A DNA stretch of 59,498 nt from the IMG/VR virus record IMGVR_UViG_3300037071_001110, positions 1 to 59,498 of that record; one strand, given 5' to 3'. The notes beneath the pieces are model-generated. The model ran no database searches, was not told where the DNA came from, and saw only the letters and a program-made list of their open reading frames with translations. The first letter of the stretch is position 1. The number at the start of each line of letters is the position of its first letter. The stretch comes from a virus. Taxonomy: Duplodnaviria > Caudoviricetes. Below are positions 48,168-57,698 of this stretch, piece by piece. The translations under genes and the position numbers were made by a program.

Positions 48168-48638
48168 TTACCAGGAGCGGCTGGGAGTCCAGTGGGCAGA
48201 CGCCCCACAGACTGACCCGTACCGTTCCTTGGCGTATGCCTTGAACCAGACCATCTGAGTCAAGGGATTTGTGTATGCGTCCTTCCCGTATGCTAACATC
48301 TTGCTACGGGGTAGTGCTTGCCCCAGGCCGTATGCGCCGGACCCGTCGTAGTTCCAGATCCGGTGGTCCCAGGTACCGGCCGTCTCGCCGTTGATGATCT
48401 CGGCGGCGCAACTGAACGACGTTCCGAAGAATGCTCGGGCGAGGTTCTTGTTGCCTTCGGGGGTGGGTTTGAGAATCGGCTTCGCGATCTTGCGTAGGGT
48501 TCGCAACTCCTGTCGTTCCTTCTTGAGTTGCGCTCTGAGCGCTGCGTTTTGCTCGACCACGGTGGGTTGTTCGGTCGAGTAGCTCGCGCCAACGGCCAGA
48601 CCGGCCATAATGGCGAGAACCGCGATCCACTTTGCCAT
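48168..48638 (-). CDS. Exported lytic transglycosylase-like protein
   Basis: Signal/TM segment; GAYGLGQALP..KM, TNP.TQ..W...Y...RYGS.C.A..HW. Confidence 0.75.
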   Translation of the reverse strand: MAKWIAVLAIMAGLAVGASYSTEQPTVVEQNAALRAQLKKERQELRTLRKIAKPILKPTPEGNKNLARAFFGTSFSCAAEIINGETAGTWDHRIWNYDGSGAYGLGQALPRSKMLAYGKDAYTNPLTQMVWFKAYAKERYGSVCGASAHWTPSRSW

Positions 48639-48663
48639 GATTCCTTTCGTTGTTTATGGGACA

Positions 48664-48735
48664 TGGGACGGACGGGACTTGAACCCGTGACGCGACTCGT
48701 TGCCGGAGCCCGCTCTACCACTGAGCTACCGTCCC
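48664..48735 (-). tRNA. Atypical tRNA, anticodon GCA (Cys-reading), G33, A73, no encoded CCA
   Basis: GGGACGG/CCGTCCC acceptor stem, GCTC-AGTGGTA-GAGC D arm, GGCTC-CGGCAAC-GAGTC anticodon arm, TTCAAGT T loop. Confidence 0.85.
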
Positions 48736-48740
48736 TCACT

Positions 48741-48965
48741 TCAGTATGTCTTGTTGATTAGTAGGCACTCGCAGAATGAGAGGCCGTCCTCAACACGGCG
48801 CCCTCGGAAGTTGTAGTCGCGACGCAAGACCTGGAGCGGCGTCGGGATGCCCTTCCTGATCCCGAGGTCTTGGAGCTTTCTACCCCGCTGCTGCCAGAGC
48901 AGCGCGTAGTAGACGCAACGGATCTTGAACTCTCTGATCTGCATAGGTGTATCGTAGACCGTCAA
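48741..48965 (-). CDS. Hypothetical protein
   Basis: 4-nt overlap with the upstream gene. Confidence 0.5.
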   Translation of the reverse strand: MTVYDTPMQIREFKIRCVYYALLWQQRGRKLQDLGIRKGIPTPLQVLRRDYNFRGRRVEDGLSFCECLLINKTY

Positions 48966-49435
48966 TGTCCGCCTACTCCTTTGATCTTTCCCCGACGCTT
49001 CATGAGCTTCGGGTTCTTCTTGCCCGTCTTAGGGACGCCTGCCGAGACTAACTTGAGGGGCCGCAGTTGCTTACTTACTGATCGTGTAGACCCGCGTTGC
49101 GGTTTCGCGATCTTGTAATGGACCCTGCCCTTACGCTTGATACGGATCAGCGTCCCCGCTTCATAGAGCGGCTTTAACTTGTACGCGAGCGTCGAGGGCG
49201 AGCAACCGAGTGCCTCGGCTATCTCGGCCGATGTTGGCTCGCCGAGTTTGCGTACGGTATCTCGTACCTGCTCGTTGGAGATCCAGGTGTACCGGCGCTT
49301 TGCGCCCGGCTCGGGCTCCGGGGGCAGGTTTTTGATCTCGTCATCGAGCCAAGCGAGCGTACCGACCATCTCATCGATGTCCTTCATCAAGTCGTTACGC
49401 ATGGCGAGGAGTTCCTCGCGACTGTGTTCACTCAC
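48962..49435 (-). CDS. Coiled-coil plus winged-HTH DNA-binding protein
   Basis: TSAEIAEALGCS.STL...L..L...G. Confidence 0.7.
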   Translation of the reverse strand: MSEHSREELLAMRNDLMKDIDEMVGTLAWLDDEIKNLPPEPEPGAKRRYTWISNEQVRDTVRKLGEPTSAEIAEALGCSPSTLAYKLKPLYEAGTLIRIKRKGRVHYKIAKPQRGSTRSVSKQLRPLKLVSAGVPKTGKKNPKLMKRRGKIKGVGGH

Positions 49436-49892
49436 TCGGGTACTCCGTCCACTTCCGCGTCTGGTCGAGCGTAGTAATGACGATACCCTTGTTCGCTTTG
49501 CGAGCCCGCCGGATAGTTGCCCAAGTGCCCGACCCGATGCCGAGTTCCTTGGGGGAGCGCGGGAACGCGAGCAACACGTCGCAGAAAGCAACGAGTGCGT
49601 CGTTCCGCTTCATGTAGGTCGGGCAGGCGACGTACTCCGTGAACTCTACCTCTAGGTCCAAGAGCCCGGTATTCCAAGGGTCATTATCCGGGAAGCAGAT
49701 GCGGTGGTGGGCGCTCGGGATAACCTCAAAGCCGACGATCGCAGCGATCGTATCAATCCCATGAGCGCCGCCGGTCGAGAACTCACTGATCTCAGAGGTA
49801 GAGTGTCGTAGGCTCATCGTGATCATTTGCCGAGCGTACTCGGACTCCAAGGGAGTCGGATCAGATATGCCAGTGACGGAGATTCTCAACAT
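49428..49892 (-). CDS. SLOG-family (YspA/DprA-like) protein
   Basis: VTG, TGGA.GID, RN..LV...D.LLAF, SGTW.TIR.A. Confidence 0.75.
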   Translation of the reverse strand: MLRISVTGISDPTPLESEYARQMITMSLRHSTSEISEFSTGGAHGIDTIAAIVGFEVIPSAHHRICFPDNDPWNTGLLDLEVEFTEYVACPTYMKRNDALVAFCDVLLAFPRSPKELGIGSGTWATIRRARKANKGIVITTLDQTRKWTEYPSE

Positions 49893-49910
49893 TGGATTCG
49901 TCCTACCCGT

Positions 49911-49939
49911 AGACTACCGAACCGCAATTCGCGAGTCTA
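49911..49939 (-). promoter_or_regulatory. SigA-like promoter
   Basis: TAGACT-N17-TAGTCT on -. Confidence 0.7.
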
Positions 49940-50212
49940 GTATTGCGGCCGAACTTTCTTCAGTATGCGACCTGGGAGCCACGCACCGACCTTCCCAGGG
50001 GGAGGGTTGATCCAGACTACCCAAAAGAGGCGCTCCCCTCGCAAGTGGTCCATCATGACGAGCTTCGTGGTGCGAGCGTGATACCCGACCAATGACACAT
50101 TGCCAAGAGAACTCGTCACTGATCGGGTCGGCTCAACAACGGTACCCGGCGGCAATCGCTTGCTCCGGATCCATTTCGCCCGGCGTCTCGGAGGGGCCAC
50201 TCGCTTAGACAA
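49937..50212 (-). CDS. Basic hypothetical protein
   Basis: ORF whose TAG stop forms the downstream -35 box. Confidence 0.5.
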   Translation of the reverse strand: MSKRVAPPRRRAKWIRSKRLPPGTVVEPTRSVTSSLGNVSLVGYHARTTKLVMMDHLRGERLFWVVWINPPPGKVGAWLPGRILKKVRPQY

Positions 50213-50225
50213 TCTTTTCTCCCCC

Positions 50226-50311
50226 GCCGTAGCGGATTCTAACGGTTGCGGAGGGCGGGGTAGGGGTTAGGACCCTACCTACCCCCGCAAGCCCTTAGAA
50301 TCCGGTACGGC
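50226..50311. repeat. ~86-bp palindromic element
   Basis: GCCGTAGCGGATTCTAA...TTAGAATCCGGTACGGC; shares exact 15-mer and 16-mer with 31706 and 44281. Confidence 0.8.
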
Positions 50312-51295
50312 TTACCCCTCAATCTCCCCACCGCCGCCGCGGTTGACCCGCTGCCCGGCCGGTCCGACGATCTCAGCGTCAGTGCCGGCGACCGTACCCT
50401 TGTCGTAGGCCGTCCAGTCGAGGCTGTATTCTTTCGGCTTGGCGACCTTCTTGCCGGGCTTCTTGCGCTCCTCCCGGATCTGGTGGAGGTCGGGGAAGAT
50501 CATGTTGACCTCCGCCTTGACCGCGTCGTAGATGTCCCGGAGAACGATGGCGTACGGGTTGCCGCCTCCCGAGGTCTTTGACTCGTTCCGGTCGTCCATT
50601 TCCCGGAGTCGGGCAGCCACTGTGCTAACGAAGCCAGCGGCGAACGAACGGCGGTGCTTCTGCCAGTTCGGGTACGGCCTTGTGCGGCCGTTCTCGGCTG
50701 CCCAGCCCCGGTAGTCCCGGGTCATCTTGTGCTCGATCTGCTTCGAGTTCTTGCCCCCGGCGTAGCCAGGCCAGAAGATGTTCGCGTCGATCATCCTCCG
50801 CGCGATCTCAGGCCAGGTGATCCCTGCCTGGTGCATCGCCTCAAGGTTCTCGTAGTAGTTGAGTTCCGAGGTTGGCTTCGGGTTCGTCGCCCGCGCCAGC
50901 TGTAGCAGCAGGCTGGTGAAGAGCAGGTCGGCGTAGTCAGCGTCGGCAGGGAAGCCGACGATCGGCATACCCTTGTTCGCGAACTCTGTGTACTTGTCCG
51001 GCACGATGGCTACCCGGCAGTGCTGGTAGACATAGTGCATCAGGTTGTACATCGAGGAACGTACGGCAGGCTCCTGCTCGTAGTCCCAGAACCATGCGAA
51101 GTCGACAAAGCCGAGGAGCGGCTTGACGTCGGCGTCCGCGTGATGAAGCTCGAACTCCTCAATGGCGTACTCCGCCATGAGTTCGTCGGCCTTGTTGCGG
51201 AAGGCATCCGCTTCCTCGGGCGTCACTGCCCGATCGTTCGCCTTCATCAGCAAGGCCCGGACCTTCCGCAGAAGGTCCTCCCTCTTGGTGGTCAT
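50312..51295 (-). CDS. DUF2786-domain protein
   Basis: L.KVRALL.KA....TPEEA..F..KA.ELMA.Y.I; RRSF..GF...V..RL. Confidence 0.75.
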   Translation of the reverse strand: MTTKREDLLRKVRALLMKANDRAVTPEEADAFRNKADELMAEYAIEEFELHHADADVKPLLGFVDFAWFWDYEQEPAVRSSMYNLMHYVYQHCRVAIVPDKYTEFANKGMPIVGFPADADYADLLFTSLLLQLARATNPKPTSELNYYENLEAMHQAGITWPEIARRMIDANIFWPGYAGGKNSKQIEHKMTRDYRGWAAENGRTRPYPNWQKHRRSFAAGFVSTVAARLREMDDRNESKTSGGGNPYAIVLRDIYDAVKAEVNMIFPDLHQIREERKKPGKKVAKPKEYSLDWTAYDKGTVAGTDAEIVGPAGQRVNRGGGGEIEG

Positions 51296-51374
51296 CTTTG
51301 CCCTTTCCCTTTTTGAACGTGGTGGGGAGAGGACCAGGTGAACCCCTTCAACCGTGGCCCTCTCCCCTAGGGGT

Positions 51375-51404
51375 ACTCTAGCGTACCCTCAACACGTCCG
51401 TCTA
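51375..51404 (-). promoter_or_regulatory. SigA-like promoter
   Basis: TAGACG-N18-TAGAGT on -. Confidence 0.55.
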
Positions 51405-51552
51405 GCCTTGCGACGAATCCGAATCAAACCCTTGCGTCCGTGAGGGTAAGATGCGTTTGGTACGAACGGCTGGCATCTGTAGCAGTAGTTCTTCCTGTTC
51501 CAACCACTGTGTACAAATGCCTGCCGTCCGCAGTTAGCGCAAGGTGAGAGAA

Positions 51553-52143
51553 CTACTTGCGGCGTGCCTTGCCGCGAGGGCGGGACTTGACGGCGACGGG
51601 GGCCTCGTCCTCATCGTCCTCGTCGTCCTCATCCTCGTCCTCGTCCTCCAGGTCCTCGTCATCCTCGTCCTCGTCCTCATCGTCCGGACCGGACTCAGCG
51701 AGGGCCTTCTTGGCCTTCTTGCCCTTCTTGGCCTTCTCAGCCGCCTCCTCAGCGGAGAGCGCGTTGGCCTTGCGGCTGATGACGGCGTCCGGGTCGTCAC
51801 CCTCCAACTCCGCTCCCTCACGGATGAGGTCCATCACGTCCTTCTTGGTGAGGCCGGTGCGCGCGACGAGGCGCTCCCAGCGCACCTTGTTGACGGTCCG
51901 CTCGCGGTACAGCTTCTTGGCGAGACGCTCGCGCGGACCCTTGGTGCTGATCTCCAGGTCCGGGTTGTGCATGACCTCCTGCGCCCACAGGAGTCGGTGC
52001 CCCTTCGCGATGCCGACATCCGCGGCCTCACAGGCCTGGATGATCGACATCTCACGCTCGTTGACCAGCGTGTAGATGTCGGGATCGCCGTTCTCATCCT
52101 TTGGGATGGACGAGCCCTTCTTGCGCTTGCTGGCGACTGCCAT
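51553..52143 (-). CDS. Tandem HTH-like protein with long acidic tail; paralog of 58812-59351
   Basis: RLLWAQE and RWERLVARTGL...V.DL motifs. Confidence 0.65.
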   Translation of the reverse strand: MAVASKRKKGSSIPKDENGDPDIYTLVNEREMSIIQACEAADVGIAKGHRLLWAQEVMHNPDLEISTKGPRERLAKKLYRERTVNKVRWERLVARTGLTKKDVMDLIREGAELEGDDPDAVISRKANALSAEEAAEKAKKGKKAKKALAESGPDDEDEDEDDEDLEDEDEDEDDEDDEDEAPVAVKSRPRGKARRK

Positions 52144-52181
52144 GGAACCCCCTCGGGTTTCGGTGTTCGTGTTCGTTAGGT

Positions 52182-52210
52182 ACCCTAGTCCACCGAAACT
52201 GAAAAGTAAA
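52182..52210 (-). promoter_or_regulatory. SigA-like promoter
   Basis: TTTACT-N17-TAGGGT on -. Confidence 0.65.
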
Positions 52211-52254
52211 GGGGTCAAGCTTCTCCCTGGTAATCGCCAGGTTAGCCTCAGTAG

Positions 52255-55200
52255 CTAAATGTCGAAGGTGTCCCACAACTTCGCGCGGTCAACCTTACGG
52301 ACCTCCGCCATGTGGTACATAATCTGCCTCGATCCCGCTGCGACCTCGGCGTACATCAAAATGCCGTCGGCGTCCTTCGCCTCAATGGACTCGGCCAAGG
52401 TCACGTTACTCGCCAACTTGGCAATCTCGGCGAGCTTGTTGAGAAGCTCCATGTCTCTGTCTGTGAAGCTCATTGGCGCTTCTCTCCCACTTTGATCCAC
52501 CCGCCGCCGCGTCGCCGCAGGTCGGGCAGGTTGACGGTCGTCTCGCCGTCCCCCTCGCCAAACATGCCGCGCAGCACGGCACACAGCTCGGGATACTCCG
52601 CTCGACTCACTTCACTGCCATCGGTCAGCTTCCACTCACCGCCGTCGTTTGGCGGTGAAGCCGGGGAGTCCCAGATTGTCCCGATGGGTAAGTCGAAGCT
52701 CACAGGCGCTTCTCCTTGGCTGGTGTCAGTTCATGCACGTAGTCCCGCGATTTGCCGCCACAGTAGGGGCAGGTGAGGGTTACGAGTGCATCCTCCATCC
52801 CCTCGGGGAGCTTGTGCGGCAACGGCACTTCTGACCCGCAGTGAGAGCAGGTGAGGAAATGTTTAGGTTCCTTCACGCTGGGTCCTCGATGCCGTCCCAC
52901 CCCAGACAGTCACAGTCAGACTCGACACACGCTCCGTAGCCGATGTCCGTGGGGGCGTGGATGTTCATGTTGTGTCCGCAGACCTCGCACTCAAGCGACA
53001 CGATCATGTCGTCGGTCCCTCACCCTCGAAGTTGCCCTCGTCGTTCGGGTACTGCGTGTGTCCGCAGCGAACGCAGGTTCGGTAGGTGTAGAACTTCGAC
53101 CAGCGCCAGCCATCCTTGTGCATGCAAGGGTCAAACGGTATCTTGCCCGTGCCCTCGCAGTACTTACAGTCGTAGTTGTTCGCTGCGTCGGCGTCGTCGT
53201 CTGTGACGATGTAGCCCTGCCCGCCGCAGACGTAGCAGTCACGGAGAGGTCTGCTCCCCACTAGTCCACCATCCAGTCGTCATCGAGGATCGCGTCGAAG
53301 TCTGTGTATGTCTTCTGGGGGAGGGGGCCGAGGATCTCTTTGAGGGTGCCCGACTCCAGTGCGATCATGTTCACGAAGAACACCGTGAAGCGGTGGTCAT
53401 CCCAGGCTGCCATGATGGCGTGCGACCAGGTGTTGGGGTCGCTCTCGCTTTGCGCGGAGGCGTAGCGGGACGGACGCTTGATGGGGAGGATCGGCCAGTG
53501 CGGCCAGTCCCCCGGAGAGGTCATGAAGTCCAGTTGCTTGTTTCGGTCGGCGGCGTTCATCAGTTCCGAATCTCCGCGTCCCACCCAAGCTCGTACATGA
53601 TCGCGTCCCACCAGTAGTCGCCCGGGTCAACCTGGAACGCCCACAGCGCCATGGCCCGAGTGTGGAGGTCGATGTACTCGCCCTTCTCCCACCACTGTTC
53701 GCGCCGCGTCTCCTTGGCAGTGAACTTCGTCTCGCACCACGGCGAGCAGAACTCGTCGTTGTAGTGAAGCTCGTAGTTGTCATCCTCGGAGTACGCGCCG
53801 TTGGGGCGAGAGCACTCTCGGCAGAAGTCGAAGTCAGGCGAGCCGACTATCTGTGGCTCGTTGCCGGTGACCCCGGGAGGGTAGTTTGAACGTCCCATAT
53901 GAGGCCCTTTCATCGTTGGTCGGGAACTACCCTTAGAGTAGTCTACGGCAAAACGATTCGCGAGGATTGCTAGGTCAGACCAGCTGGTCGGAAGCGGTTG
54001 ATCCACTCGTCCTCGCGGTTGAGCTTCACCACCTCGTTGAGAAGATTCTTGTCATACCACCCCGCCTCGATCTGCTCGGCAGCATAGCGATCCGCGCGAG
54101 GGATGTAGTGATCCGGATTCGTGAACTTAGTGAGCATTATGAGCCTCCTGTGGATGATCTCATATGCTATTTGTCCGGAATTGTCGAGTCTGGTTGCGTG
54201 TGGAATCGGATGGTTTCCGGATGTATGTAGACGTGACGGCCTGGGCTAATGCGCCACAATCCCTCATCCTCGTCATGGAGGCACGCATAGGCCGGGACCT
54301 CAATGTGCTGATCCTTACTCATGCTTCGCCTGACCGTAACCCAGAGTCTGCCGCTCGCGTCTCTGCGCGACTGAGTGACCTCAAAGTTAGGCGCTGGCAT
54401 TTGTGCGAATCGCTCCCGCACCGCTACACTCCAGGCAGTTGAGACCGTCGATGTCGAGCCCGTCGCCCGCGCAATCTGGGCAGACCACCGTGTCAGGGAA
54501 CCTGAGGATGTCGGCGGACTTCTCAGATCTGGCTCTCACCTGGTTGACGATGTAGACCGATCCGTTGACCTCGACTACTGCGTTCTGTAGCTCAATCGCG
54601 TTGGCGATATCGAACGGGCGCTGTTGAGGCCCCGAGTCGAGCCTCAGTTCGATGTTGAATAGCACGTTGTCTTAGCCTCTCTCGCGGTTGCGTAGCGGGG
54701 TAGGGCTACGGGTAGCCTACCGTACCGCAATCCGCTAGGGGGTTGTCTAGGATTGCGAGGATATTGAATCCCCCGCTCCTAGCGCGATCCGCCCTCCGCG
54801 ATGAGCCGTTGCCCCCGGCCGATCCCCAATTGGCAATTGTACTGATTGAAGTGCTCTTGGCAAACGTATGCCCAAGGGCCAGTAGGCAATCTGGCATCGG
54901 CATAAGCTGCCCTGTCCCGCTGGAACGAGAGGCAGATGTCGCAACTGGGGATAACTGCGACGACGACCTCAGTGTGGGGCTCGGCCATTGCTAGAAGCCC
55001 TTGATGAAGAACCCGAGCGTCAACACAATGAGGGCGAGAAGGATCAACACGCAGATCCCGTAGAGGATCACTTCCATCGTCGTGTTGAAGATCGTCGCCG
55101 CTCTTGTGAACCTGTCGATCGGCTCGGGGGTGACGAAGGATACTGCGAAATTGCCGGGGCTGTCCCCGTTTGTGTAGGTCCGCACTTGGCTACCTGCCTT

Positions 55201-55608
55201 CCCTTATCTCCAGGGTGTTCAACTCGTCCGCCTTGAAGGCGTCAAACTCTGCTTGCGCCTCCTCCAGAGTTTTGTAGTAGACGTTTTGTTGTCCGTACTC
55301 GTCCTCAAAGTTCAGACGGATCGTTCCGTTGAAGTCGCTGTCGTCCGGGTTGTACCACCGCACTCGGCGAGTGAAGCCGGGGCGACGGTTTTGCCAGCTT
55401 TTGTGGATCGACCTCATCACTCGTCGTCCTCGGCCTCGTCATCGGCCTCATCGGTTGGCGGGTGGGGCTCGACGGAGACGAGGCAGGGCGGGTTGATCAA
55501 ACCCATCGCGTCAACGACGTAGTATGCCGCGTCGGCGTCCTCAGTGAAGACGACGACTGTCTTGGTCGTTCCCTTGCTCTCGATGGTGACGGCGAACTCG
55601 GGCACTAC
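52255..55608 (-). CDS. Cluster of small early hypothetical genes, many with CxxC pairs (e.g. 52700-52876, 52873-53007, 53004-53261, 53560-53898, 53970-54137, 54387-54665, 54779-54988, 55190-55420)
   Basis: Tightly coupled short ORFs on - with RBS; individual boundaries less certain. Confidence 0.55.
52470..52703 (-). CDS. Stand-alone phage tail-collar domain protein
   Basis: LPIGTI....P...W...DG..VSR.EYPEL..VL...FG.GDG.TT.NLPDLR. Confidence 0.75.
   Translation of the reverse strand: MSFDLPIGTIWDSPASPPNDGGEWKLTDGSEVSRAEYPELCAVLRGMFGEGDGETTVNLPDLRRRGGGWIKVGEKRQ
53935..53963 (-). promoter_or_regulatory. SigA-like promoter
   Basis: TCGCGA-N17-TACTCT on -. Confidence 0.55.
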
Positions 55609-56207
55609 CAGCCCCACTTCCCCGCGCAGATCGGGCCGATGCCCCGGGCGCGGCTCTCGTCGTTGGTCAGGGTCCGTCCGCAGATGCCACACTTCCCGAT
55701 GTGGAGGCCGAAGTTCTCAGCCGCTGTCTTCGGGTCCTTGGCGATCTTGTCGAGGGCCGCGACGGGGTTTGCCGCCGGGTACTCACTGTCGGAGGCCAGA
55801 ACGTAGAGCTTCCAACCGCCCCGCTCACCGATCCAGAGCTTGAAGAACGTCAGATCGTTGATCCGCGAGGGCTCGTCCTCGGTGTTGATCGCGTAGCTGC
55901 CTCGGGGGATCTTGACCGTCGGGTTCGTCCCTTGGGTAAGGTAGCCGATGCGAGTCGGCTCCTGCCCAGCGCGCTGCTCCTCGACGTACTGAACGCGGTA
56001 CCCGTTGAAGCGCGGGTTCGGGCTCTGTGAGCCGTTTTGCGTTTGCCGGCGGGGGAGCGACTTGAGGCGGTCGATCCAGCGACCGGCTTGCTCCTTGGTG
56101 AGGTGGGGGAGCCGGGCGAGAGCCTCAGCCTTTTGCTCCTCGCTCACCTCGTGAATGTCGAGGAGGTCCTTGATGTAGGACTCCTGACCTGAGGTAATCG
56201 GGTACAT
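55605..56207 (-). CDS. DUF6011-type zinc-finger protein
   Basis: CGICGRTLT..ESRARGIGPICA. Confidence 0.75.
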   Translation of the reverse strand: MYPITSGQESYIKDLLDIHEVSEEQKAEALARLPHLTKEQAGRWIDRLKSLPRRQTQNGSQSPNPRFNGYRVQYVEEQRAGQEPTRIGYLTQGTNPTVKIPRGSYAINTEDEPSRINDLTFFKLWIGERGGWKLYVLASDSEYPAANPVAALDKIAKDPKTAAENFGLHIGKCGICGRTLTNDESRARGIGPICAGKWGW

Positions 56208-56262
56208 TCCTTTGCCCTTTCCGTTCGTTGCGTTTCGCGCGGTCCGTTCCGCGCGTACCCTT

Positions 56263-56291
56263 AGAGTAGCCTACCGCAACTGTGCAGTCTA
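56263..56291 (-). promoter_or_regulatory. SigA-like promoter
   Basis: TAGACT-N17-TACTCT on -. Confidence 0.75.
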
Positions 56292-56713
56292 GTCTTGCTC
56301 CGGAGTTGCTTCTGTGTTCTCGTAGTGGACGGTGTCGCCCTTGCAGATGATCCACGGGCTGTGGCCGAGTACCAACTCGACATCCCGGTGGGAGCGAGCG
56401 ATAATCTTGTCCGTGTTGTGGTTGTCCTGGATGAGTAGGAGCTTGTAGTTCGGGTATGGCTCGATGTGTATGACGATCCCGCTTGGCATGTTGTCCTTTA
56501 GGGGAGGGTGGGGAGCTTGTGGTCCTCGCGCAACAGCTTGCGGAGGTCGTTCGTGATGTCGCCGATGGCCTCGCTCACGATGACGCTGTCCTCGATGTAG
56601 CCGTCGGGGTCCTTCGTGATGAACTCGGCCTCGACCTTGTCGATGACCGCCTGGACATCGTAGGTCTTCACAAGGCAGCTGTCGTTCTCAAACACCATGA
56701 TCGCCGTGATCAT
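56289..56713 (-). CDS. Two small hypothetical genes (56498-56713, 56289-56489)
   Basis: RBS-preceded ORFs between two promoters. Confidence 0.55.
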
Positions 56714-56749
56714 ATCTTCGCCCTTTCATTTGTGACTCGGCCTACCTAG

Positions 56750-56778
56750 AGCGTACCGGAAAACAATTGTGCAGTCTA
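56750..56778 (-). promoter_or_regulatory. SigA-like promoter
   Basis: TAGACT-N17-TACGCT on -. Confidence 0.75.
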
Positions 56779-56918
56779 GTACTGTTTGATCTCATATAGT
56801 GCTATGTCCGTAAATGGGAGGGTGGAATGATTCTGAGTGAGGACGTGGCTTTTGCTTAATTGCGTTGCTTAATTGAAGCGGGAGGAGCGCGCGATCGCAA
56901 ATCGCGCTAGTTGTTAGA

Positions 56919-57452
56919 CTACTTGCTACCCTCGTTGTCGAGGATGACGTCGATCAGATCGACCTTGGGCTCGTCGGGCTCGTTGGGCTCGAAGGTCGGC
57001 TGGTGCTGACGGTAGTAGTTGGCCTCGGCCTCCTCAGTCGCGACCCAAGAGTCGTCGATGTACTCGACCAGTCCGAAGGTCTGAAGCTGGTAGAGCTTCC
57101 CCGGAGTGATCCACGCAGGGATCTGGAAGCTCGACTCCCAGACCGTGATGATCTCGCCCTTGCGAGCGAGGAAGTCAACTCGGTCGTTGATTATGTTGGA
57201 GAGCGCCCAGTAGAGCGCGTTGTACGCCTCGTTGTCCGGGTCGTTGTACGGGTTCCTCGGGCCTCTGACCGACTTGGGCAGATCCGGGTAGACCGCGTCA
57301 ATGAGACTCTCGGAGTTGAGATTGTACGCCTCGCCGCTCGCTGCGCGGATGATCCGCTCGTCTATGCGAGCGTCGCCGACGCCGAGTGCGTTGACGGAGG
57401 CGTCCTCCATCCCCGCCTTCTTGAACATATCGTACTTCTTGTAGTCCTCCAC
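56919..57452 (-). CDS. Acidic hypothetical early protein
   Basis: GGAGG RBS, own promoter. Confidence 0.65.
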   Translation of the reverse strand: MEDYKKYDMFKKAGMEDASVNALGVGDARIDERIIRAASGEAYNLNSESLIDAVYPDLPKSVRGPRNPYNDPDNEAYNALYWALSNIINDRVDFLARKGEIITVWESSFQIPAWITPGKLYQLQTFGLVEYIDDSWVATEEAEANYYRQHQPTFEPNEPDEPKVDLIDVILDNEGSK

Positions 57453-57494
57453 TGTTCCTCCGTTCGGGTTGCGGTCGGAGTTCGACCTACCTAG

Positions 57495-57523
57495 AGGGTA
57501 GCGGTTCGCAATCGTGCAGTCTA
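57495..57523 (-). promoter_or_regulatory. SigA-like promoter
   Basis: TAGACT-N17-TACCCT on -. Confidence 0.75.
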
Positions 57524-57698
57524 GTTTTGCTTATTGCTTCGGATTGATTTGTTTGTTTGTTTTGTGAATGATCTCATATTGCTAGTGTCCGTAAATGGGG
57601 TAGTGCATTGCCGTGATTGTTTTGGGTAAATGGGTTGCGTAATTGAATAGGGAGAGTTGGAAGGAACTTTGTTAGTCCCTTCGTTGTTCGTTAGGTTG

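Noticed and set aside
51390-51550. CxxC...CxxC reading frame on - (PCANCGRQ...YCYRCQP)
   Set aside because: No canonical start codon or RBS found, so it cannot be supported as a gene
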